Shown here: piece by piece, positions 57,262 through 64,000 of the stretch
How positions within the stretch are numbered: the first letter of the stretch is position 1
How the letters are laid out: every line of letters begins with the position of its first letter
DNA from: a bacterium
GTDB taxonomy: Bacteria > Patescibacteriota > Minisyncoccia > UBA6257 > JAGOQP01
DNA: 64,000 nucleotides
Assembly: GCA_021812345.1 (NCBI GenBank)
Contig: JAKANP010000001.1
Location: 54,979 to 118,978, forward strand
Direction of reading: 5' to 3'
Notes under the pieces: model-generated
Database searches by the model: none
What the model was told of the DNA's origin: nothing
What the model saw: the letters and a program-made list of their open reading frames with translations, nothing else
Translations under genes and position numbers: made by a program

Positions 57262-57945
57262 TTAATCTTTTACTTTTAATGAATGCATTTTTATTATCTG
57301 ATAGATCACTTTAAAAGGAGATGAAATTTTCAGTATTTGAATTGTCATTTTAATTTCTTCGATAAATCCCCTTAATTTTCCCACCTTCCATGATTTCCAT
57401 GGACTTAAAACATTATTCCATTCAACTATTTTTATTTTAAGATTATTTTTGATAATAATATTATTCATAAATGTTTCAAGTCCGTAAGATGGAAGATTTT
57501 CTATTTCACTCAGTTTATCCGATATCATTTTTTTATAAAAAACCCTTTCTCCCGAAATAAAATCGAGTCCTATTTTTCGATACCAAATTGGAGCATTTTT
57601 CCTTAAACTTATGGAAATATCAGCTTTTTTATCAATTACCGGCTCGATTAAATCGGAAATGTTTTCTTTGGTAATTCCTATAAGATCCGCGTCCAAGAAA
57701 AATAAAATGTCGTTTTTTGATGCTTTGACGCCTACTACTATTGTTTTGCTTTTACCCAAATTTTTTTCATTTTTTATAAACGTTATGTCTTTATATTTTT
57801 TAACAACTTCGGACGTATTGTCCTTTGAGGCATCGTCAATAACCACCAACTCGTCAATAAGCGGATGCTGATAAACCGATTCAAGAACATTTTCAATTCT
57901 TTTTTCTTCGTTATAAGCGGGAATGATGCAAGAAACTTTTGGCAT
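57262..57945 (-). CDS. GT2 glycosyltransferase
   Basis: IIPAYNEE, DDASKD, FLDAD, SGER, YGLE. Confidence 0.88.
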   Translation of the reverse strand: MPKVSCIIPAYNEEKRIENVLESVYQHPLIDELVVIDDASKDNTSEVVKKYKDITFIKNEKNLGKSKTIVVGVKASKNDILFFLDADLIGITKENISDLIEPVIDKKADISISLRKNAPIWYRKIGLDFISGERVFYKKMISDKLSEIENLPSYGLETFMNNIIIKNNLKIKIVEWNNVLSPWKSWKVGKLRGFIEEIKMTIQILKISSPFKVIYQIIKMHSLKVKD

Positions 57946-57946
57946 A

Positions 57947-58540
57947 TTAATCAATATTAATTTTATCTTTATTTTTCTTTATATAAAAATAAATAGCAAC
58001 AACGGAAACAATTATAATCAACATTAGCACACTAAAATATCCGAAATATTTGTCTATTTTATTATAAGCCGAACCAAAATAATATCCGATTATCAAGAAA
58101 ATAAACGTTTTGGGAATCGATCCGACAACATTATACAAAATGAATTTATTGATTTTTATCTTAGCCATTCCGGCGGCAATCAATATTGGGGCCCCAACGG
58201 AATGAGTCAATTTGCCGAATAAAAGAGTTTTTCCCGAATGTTCCTTGAAGTGGCCCTCTATTTTTTCTATATTATTTAATTTTATTCCTAAAAATTTACC
58301 TTTCTTGACAATTTTTTGACCGCCCCATCGGCCGATTAAATAATAAATAACGTCTCCGGTTATATCACCAAGAAAAGCGACCGCATAAACCACAAAAAAA
58401 TTGAAATATCCCAAAGAAGATAAAAATCCGGCGATTATGGTAACTATGGGCCCTTCGGCAACCATTATCGGAAAAAGAATGAAATATCCGTAATTTATTA
58501 ACAATGTTGAAATTTCGTTGGGAGTTATGGCGTTAAACAT
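57947..58540 (-). CDS. DedA/VTT family membrane protein
   Basis: YGY..EGP, GDVIYYLIGRWGG, AAGM..F..YN. Confidence 0.88.
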   Translation of the reverse strand: MFNAITPNEISTLLINYGYFILFPIMVAEGPIVTIIAGFLSSLGYFNFFVVYAVAFLGDITGDVIYYLIGRWGGQKIVKKGKFLGIKLNNIEKIEGHFKEHSGKTLLFGKLTHSVGAPILIAAGMAKIKINKFILYNVVGSIPKTFIFLIIGYYFGSAYNKIDKYFGYFSVLMLIIIVSVVAIYFYIKKNKDKINID

Positions 58541-58676
58541 GGATATATTCAGTATATATTATTCAATCATTTTTACAATAATTTCTACGAGGTTGACTAA
58601 AACAAAAATAATGATTAGGATAAAAACGCTAATTGATCATTGAAAAGGTCGTTTAGATTAAGAAGTATAGCCAAAA

Positions 58677-59300
58677 ATGAAAAGAATCGCTTTTGGTGCG
58701 GTTATTTTTATTGTTTTGATATTTTCCATTATTGGCGTTCAAACCGCTAAAGCGGCTGAAGTTACGGTTAATTATACAACTTCCGGGTCAAAATTGAGCC
58801 AGCAAGATGCCGTTGTTTTAAAACAGGCACTTGACGTTCTCAAGCAAGCCCTCGATACTTTGGGAGAATTTATCACTGTCGCTCCCAAACCGATAAAAAA
58901 TGCTTCGTCTATAAATTTAACTTTGGATAATTTAAGGTCCAATCTTCAGGGAATAAATACCACGCTTATCGCCTATCAAACGAGTTCGGGCAATAATGTG
59001 GCGGTAAATCCAAACACTAATAATTCGATCAATAATGAAAATTCCGCTCAATCGGAAAATAATCTTTCCCCACAAGAAGTAAACCAGCAAGTGACAAATC
59101 AATTGGCTCAAGCGCAATCATCGTTTGATTTGAAATCTTTGACATGGCCAGCAGTAGCAGTCCTAGCGGTAATTGTTGTAGCGGCGCTCGCGATAGTTTT
59201 AAGAAGAAGGATGGTTAAAGCCAAAATTACAAACGTAAAGAAAAATATTCAGGATTTAAAGGAAAAAAATACTCCGATTAGTCAGCCTAAACAGGTATAG
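58677..59300 (+). CDS. secreted protein with C-terminal TM anchor
   Basis: Signal peptide ending AKA-A, Asn/Gln linker, TM followed by RRR. Confidence 0.75.
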   Translation: MKRIAFGAVIFIVLIFSIIGVQTAKAAEVTVNYTTSGSKLSQQDAVVLKQALDVLKQALDTLGEFITVAPKPIKNASSINLTLDNLRSNLQGINTTLIAYQTSSGNNVAVNPNTNNSINNENSAQSENNLSPQEVNQQVTNQLAQAQSSFDLKSLTWPAVAVLAVIVVAALAIVLRRRMVKAKITNVKKNIQDLKEKNTPISQPKQV

Positions 59301-59347
59301 ATGACTACCAACAAAAACTGCCTTAAAAATAAACGGGCGGTTTTTGT

Positions 59348-60049
59348 TTAGTTTGTAAATTTGAAAGTTTTTAATATGTCTTGAGTCTTATCAAAATAAC
59401 CATTTAAAACAGAATCGGGAATATCACTCGGATTTGGTTCTTCTCTGTAACTACTGCCCGTCTCCAGTCGTTCAACCGCGAAACAAATATTATTATGCAC
59501 AATTCTATAGCTGAATCCTTTTAAATATTGCATCATCCCGGCATCTTCTACTTGAAATTTTTTAAAGATTTCTCCGTTTATGTTTTCATTGGTTGACGTA
59601 ACATTCAAATAAGACGGCGGATTTAAACAATTTTTTATATCTTCCAAGTCCTTACTGGCTCCGATTCTTATCTCGGCATCATAATAAAGAGGATAACTTT
59701 TGTAAGCGCCATTGCCGCTGTCTATTCTATAAACCGGAATACTTATTATAGGAATTCCTTTGGAGTTGTCTGTAAATATTTCAGCATTCCATTTGTCGGA
59801 TAAGTGATAAAATGTTTTGAATTTGAATTCCGGAATTAAATAATTCGGATAACTTATTTCAAATCCATAGTCGGTATTTTTATAAGTTGATAAATCAACT
59901 TGAGAAAGATCCCATTTTGTATTAAGTGATTTATTATTTGGACTTTTTAATAGAAAATAAAGAGATATAAATAAAAACAGGAGTAAAATAAACAATCCTC
60001 CGAATAAAATTCTTTTATTTTTATTTGTCATATTTTGAAATTTTATCAT
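59348..60049 (-). CDS. single-TM extracytoplasmic protein (PsbP-like)
   Basis: N-terminal TM, YKNTDYGFEISYP, C-terminal ILKTFKF. Confidence 0.65.
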   Translation of the reverse strand: MIKFQNMTNKNKRILFGGLFILLLFLFISLYFLLKSPNNKSLNTKWDLSQVDLSTYKNTDYGFEISYPNYLIPEFKFKTFYHLSDKWNAEIFTDNSKGIPIISIPVYRIDSGNGAYKSYPLYYDAEIRIGASKDLEDIKNCLNPPSYLNVTSTNENINGEIFKKFQVEDAGMMQYLKGFSYRIVHNNICFAVERLETGSSYREEPNPSDIPDSVLNGYFDKTQDILKTFKFTN

Positions 60050-60072
60050 TTATGTTTTAATATTCAATAATA

Positions 60073-60366
60073 ATGAAAATTATTGTAGAAACAAAACGTT
60101 CGGAATTGGACGCAATGAGGAGAGCCGGATACGGTTTTTTAAAGCAGGACGCGCAATCAGGAGAATTCTCATTCACTAAAAGAGCCGGCGGAAGCGACTA
60201 CCCACGATTTCATGCTTATGTAAAAAAAGAAAAGGGGGTGCTTATTATCAATTTGCATCTTGATCAAAAACGCCCAAGTTATTCGGGAAGTCACGCCCAC
60301 AATGCCGAATATGACGGAGAAATGATTGAAAACGAAATGGAAATAATAAAAAAAACCGCCATTTAA
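60073..60366 (+). CDS. hypothetical protein
   Basis: MRRAGY, YPRFH, LHLDQK, HAHNAEYDG; full-length ATG ORF. Confidence 0.75.
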   Translation: MKIIVETKRSELDAMRRAGYGFLKQDAQSGEFSFTKRAGGSDYPRFHAYVKKEKGVLIINLHLDQKRPSYSGSHAHNAEYDGEMIENEMEIIKKTAI

Positions 60367-60393
60367 ATGGCGATTTTTTGAATAAACAACTAT

Positions 60394-61521
60394 TTAAAAA
60401 GCTTCTTTTAATATTCCGGCAACAATCAAAAATACCAGAATAATAATAAGAATTAATCCGAATAAGCTATTTTGATTTAAATATCCAACTGAACCTATAA
60501 CCGATGCGCCAAGTCCATAGCTATAGCTTGAGGGCACAACCGTCTGCATTCCATAATATGGAGCATAGTATTGATTTCCCCAATAAGCGGCATTTGAAAA
60601 ATTTGACGTGTTCGCATTTTGATTATTTATATTTTGATTTTGAGGATTATATTGATTTCCATTGGCATCAATATAAATAATCTTTGGAGTTTCGTATACA
60701 TATTGAATTTGAGAATTACTACCGTTGTTATTTGAGTTATCGGGAACATAATTATATGAAACAGGATTAGTGTAGTTATAAGTAGGAGTGTAAGTGAGCG
60801 AATTTCCGTAAGTGGTAAACATTAAAGTTTGGCCGTAAGAAATGTAAGAGGTCCCATCGCTGGAGCTAATCCCCGCTCTAAAATAATATGTAGTGTTAGG
60901 ATTTAAATTATTAAGTTGATAAGTGAAATATGGCGATGAATTTGAATTTCTATAATAAGAAGCCGCGGGGACTACTGCCGGAATTGTCTTGTTGATTAAA
61001 TAATTTGGGTCAGTGCCGTATTCAAACCAAGTTGATCCCTGGTAAGTTTCGGAAACCGAAGCAAATGAATTTAATGTAGCGTAATTTGAAGAAATATTTG
61101 TTGCCGCATTGGTAGTGATTGATAAATTATAAACATTATAATTTCCGTTTCCGTTGGTACTGAAACTCATTATACTCCCCTGTGTTGAACCATAAGCATT
61201 GTAAGCGTCAATTCTATAATAATAAGTAACGTTATTGTTTATTCCGGAAATCTGATAAGCGACGTTTGAATACGAATAGCTTGAGCCTATGATTTGAGAA
61301 GGAGTTGTTTGTCCTAAAGAGGTTGTCTGGCCGTATTCAAAATAATAAGTTGTCTGATAACCGTTTGGATTTACTTGACCGCTTAAAGTTGCATAGTTAT
61401 TTCCAATACTCGTTGCCGATCCGGTTGAAACATAAGGAAGATTATAAGATTGGGAAAAAACTGCCGTTGCCCCCAAGACAAGAGAAGCTATTATTAAGAT
61501 AATAAATATTGTTTTTTTCAT
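60394..61521 (-). CDS. surface protein with two FN3-like repeats and C-terminal TM
   Basis: Signal peptide; repeated ATL...(Y/W)FEYG...TYY(Y/F)R; Asn/Tyr-rich linker; terminal TM. Confidence 0.8.
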   Translation of the reverse strand: MKKTIFIILIIASLVLGATAVFSQSYNLPYVSTGSATSIGNNYATLSGQVNPNGYQTTYYFEYGQTTSLGQTTPSQIIGSSYSYSNVAYQISGINNNVTYYYRIDAYNAYGSTQGSIMSFSTNGNGNYNVYNLSITTNAATNISSNYATLNSFASVSETYQGSTWFEYGTDPNYLINKTIPAVVPAASYYRNSNSSPYFTYQLNNLNPNTTYYFRAGISSSDGTSYISYGQTLMFTTYGNSLTYTPTYNYTNPVSYNYVPDNSNNNGSNSQIQYVYETPKIIYIDANGNQYNPQNQNINNQNANTSNFSNAAYWGNQYYAPYYGMQTVVPSSYSYGLGASVIGSVGYLNQNSLFGLILIIILVFLIVAGILKEAF

Positions 61522-61626
61522 TTGACAAGATTATACGCTAAAATATTTATTTGTCCATATTTGTCAAGTTATCAAAAACCGCTTATAAAACAGCGGTTTT
61601 TGACAATTTATTTAAAAAAATTATTT

Positions 61627-64000
61627 TTATCTTGGAATTATTTCACGAAGAACAGGAATAAATCCGACATTGACAGTGGTCTGAGTATCGGTAACGGTCG
61701 GAGCTCCATCACAAGAAAGGTTATATTGAGTAGTAGCAATTGGTTTCACTCTGAATGTTCCGGATTCGGTTCCTGTGGCAACCATGCTATTATCCGAAAC
61801 TTTGGTAATTGCACAATTTCTTGAAACTCCGGTTGGGTCACAAGACCAAGATAAAATGGAAGATTGTCCGGTTAAAATTGACGAAGAAGAAGCGGTGAAA
61901 GTACAGGAAGCGGGAGTCAATGACTGGCAAGTAGCGCTATAAACACTGTTGTCATTTTGGGCACATCTATAAATATCGGCGTACACTGATTTTCCAAAAT
62001 ATTGACCCCACTGGCTATCCAAAGTACTACACATTATTTCCGGTTCATTTTTTAATAATTGACCGGGCTGTGGAACTTGGACGTAATCGGTTTCTCCATT
62101 ACTTGATGTATTTCTGGAACCGGACCAACCAACTATAACAGAAGACCCCCTTGATGTTGTAGTAGCATAACAATTAGTTACATTATTCACTGACCAAGAT
62201 AATACTATCGGATATGTTGAAAATTGATAGTTATATGGAACTATAAGAGGATCTATCGATACGTCAGTCCATTTATATTTAGGTGGAGGAGATAATACTT
62301 TTATATAACTACCTCCAAAACCTGTAGAAAAGCCGTTATTTTGAGTTGTAGACCACACCGTCGCCGGATTGAGACCATCCGCTACAGCCATCCACCCATT
62401 AGGCCTATTTGTAACGCCAGTTCCATTAATGTTGAGTAAGCACGAAGTCGTGTTATTATTTTTATCACTCACTCCTATATTTAGATGACAGCCGTTAACC
62501 GAATCACCACAAGTATATGTTGGTGTGCTATTGTATCCATAACAAGTCATGTCAGCTATAGCGCCTGGCCAGTTATAACATCTATAAGGAGACGTCCCTC
62601 CGGTAATTCCTACCGAAACTTGAGTTGGAGCGCTACTTGATGGATTTGCCGTAAGATTGCAGGAAAAACCTCCCGGAGGTGGCGGAGTTGAGCTTACTAT
62701 ATCTATATCCGCATTTGCCGAATGATTTAATGTTCCGCTCACTCCTGTAACTGTGAATGTGTATCTTTCAATTACTGCAGCACTTGAGACATTTAACGTA
62801 AGATTGGAAGTTCCGCTTGTTGAAATTGTTTGAGGAGAAGGAGTTCCTGTTGTGCCGCTGTGAAGACCGGATATTGATAAAGCTACATTTCCGGTAAACC
62901 CCCCGCTTGGGGTTACTGATATTGTATATGATGCTGAACCTGGCTTTGTAGTAGAAGCATAATTCGGAGAAATAGAAATTAAAAAGTCTGGAATTCCCGG
63001 AGGATTAGTTACGTTAAGAATGGCTGTAGCATTGATACTATTATAAGTAGAATTAATTCCTGCAGTTCCTGATTTTTTTCCCAAATAGAGTCCACTTCCT
63101 TGAGATGAAGCAATTGATGAATCGGGAGCGTTAACCGCCCAAGAAGCAAATTGATTAACTTTAAAATTTCCATATCTTATATCCGTTCCATCCGGATCAT
63201 ATAATCCGTTGTATTGATATGTGCTACCAACGGTTGTTGTCGCGCTTGGAGGATCAATAACATAAGTCGGGGTATGACCTGGTGGTGGCGGAGGAGGAGA
63301 ATCACAATCGCCGGCATATGGAAATGGAGTTTTTACAGAAATAGTATTGGATGGGGAACTTTCTCCACTACTGTTCACGGAAGTCACATAATAATTATAG
63401 GTTGAATTAACATTTACATTTTGATCTATATACCAAGTATTGATTGTGTTGGCTATTTTTGATCCGTTTCTGTAAACATTATAATTTGAAGCGCCGGAAA
63501 CCGGGCTCCACCCTAAAATTGCTTGGACTGAAGCTGATGGATAGTTTTGATGACATTCACCGTTTGCAGCAAAATTCGTTGGAGATCCCGGGATACCACC
63601 TCCTATTGGTGCAAAATAGAGTTTTATTTCTTGTTCTAGCGGCGGAAGAGATGCGTTAGTTCTTACATTAGTTATCGAACCACTATTGCTACAATATTGA
63701 TATCCATTTGGAGGAACTACATTTTTACCAGTAACGGTAAATTTTGAAGGGTAATAAGAATCCCATGGTCCCCACGTAAAATCATTTGGTTTTTGAGGCG
63801 TGTTGCTTAATGAAGCTGTTGGGTAATCGGCAATGGTAGTTTGGGCGGGACCACTGGTGATTGTTACGTCAAATCTTACATTGGGATCATTAGGGCTCAT
63901 AGCCACAGCGCCCGCCAAAGGAGCGGAACAATTTGGTAAGGTGTAACCATTAAAATGGACTAAGTCGTGGAATTGACTAACGGATATTGTCTTTGTAGTT
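61627..64000 (-). CDS. large Ser/Thr/Pro-rich surface protein with FN3/Ig-like domains (5' end outside window)
   Basis: Frame stays open to the window edge; YNVYRNG..YNYYVTSVNSSGES; poly-Pro linkers; ends PVLREIIPR. Confidence 0.85.
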   Translation of the reverse strand, partial: TTKTISVSQFHDLVHFNGYTLPNCSAPLAGAVAMSPNDPNVRFDVTITSGPAQTTIADYPTASLSNTPQKPNDFTWGPWDSYYPSKFTVTGKNVVPPNGYQYCSNSGSITNVRTNASLPPLEQEIKLYFAPIGGGIPGSPTNFAANGECHQNYPSASVQAILGWSPVSGASNYNVYRNGSKIANTINTWYIDQNVNVNSTYNYYVTSVNSSGESSPSNTISVKTPFPYAGDCDSPPPPPPGHTPTYVIDPPSATTTVGSTYQYNGLYDPDGTDIRYGNFKVNQFASWAVNAPDSSIASSQGSGLYLGKKSGTAGINSTYNSINATAILNVTNPPGIPDFLISISPNYASTTKPGSASYTISVTPSGGFTGNVALSISGLHSGTTGTPSPQTISTSGTSNLTLNVSSAAVIERYTFTVTGVSGTLNHSANADIDIVSSTPPPPGGFSCNLTANPSSSAPTQVSVGITGGTSPYRCYNWPGAIADMTCYGYNSTPTYTCGDSVNGCHLNIGVSDKNNNTTSCLLNINGTGVTNRPNGWMAVADGLNPATVWSTTQNNGFSTGFGGSYIKVLSPPPKYKWTDVSIDPLIVPYNYQFSTYPIVLSWSVNNVTNCYATTTSRGSSVIVGWSGSRNTSSNGETDYVQVPQPGQLLKNEPEIMCSTLDSQWGQYFGKSVYADIYRCAQNDNSVYSATCQSLTPASCTFTASSSSILTGQSSILSWSCDPTGVSRNCAITKVSDNSMVATGTESGTFRVKPIATTQYNLSCDGAPTVTDTQTTVNVGFIPVLREIIPR

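Noticed and set aside
1-64000. Alternative genetic code (UGA=Gly)
   Set aside because: Conserved genes are intact in code 11, several end in TGA, and RF2 with its UGA frameshift site is present

Overview
AT-rich chromosomal window from a Patescibacteria (CPR), most likely Parcubacteria. The basis is that rpmD is absent between rpsE and rplO, rplI is present, code 11 is used with a frameshifted prfB, and typical CPR hypothetical families occur. Most of it is housekeeping: end of the spc operon, secY-adk-map, greA-lysS, tyrS-ychF, prfB-ftsEX, dnaX, scpAB, a dcw fragment, gltX, rpmA, rplI, def-fmt and obgE. It also has three intact tRNAs, envelope glycosylation genes and surface proteins. Most notable: (1) a PanD-like decarboxylase with a remodelled substrate pocket (Arg54->Phe, NGAA->NGPP), divergently paired with a CofE-like amide ligase and next to a divergent CysK-like enzyme; (2) a three-gene block beside tRNA-Gln(CTG) encoding a Cys-rich protein, a 935-aa tandem metallophosphoesterase-like protein and a triple-repeat membrane protein; (3) an aberrant tRNA-Cys-like gene with candidate promoter and terminator and a palindromic insert in its T-arm, next to a 70-bp repeat array, plus a related att-like mini-element after tRNA-Gln(TTG); (4) a degenerate D-aminoacylase-like gene between mraY and ftsW; (5) apparently leaderless core genes versus accessory genes with strong SD and boxA-like leaders. 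All family calls come from motif recognition by eye, not database searches.
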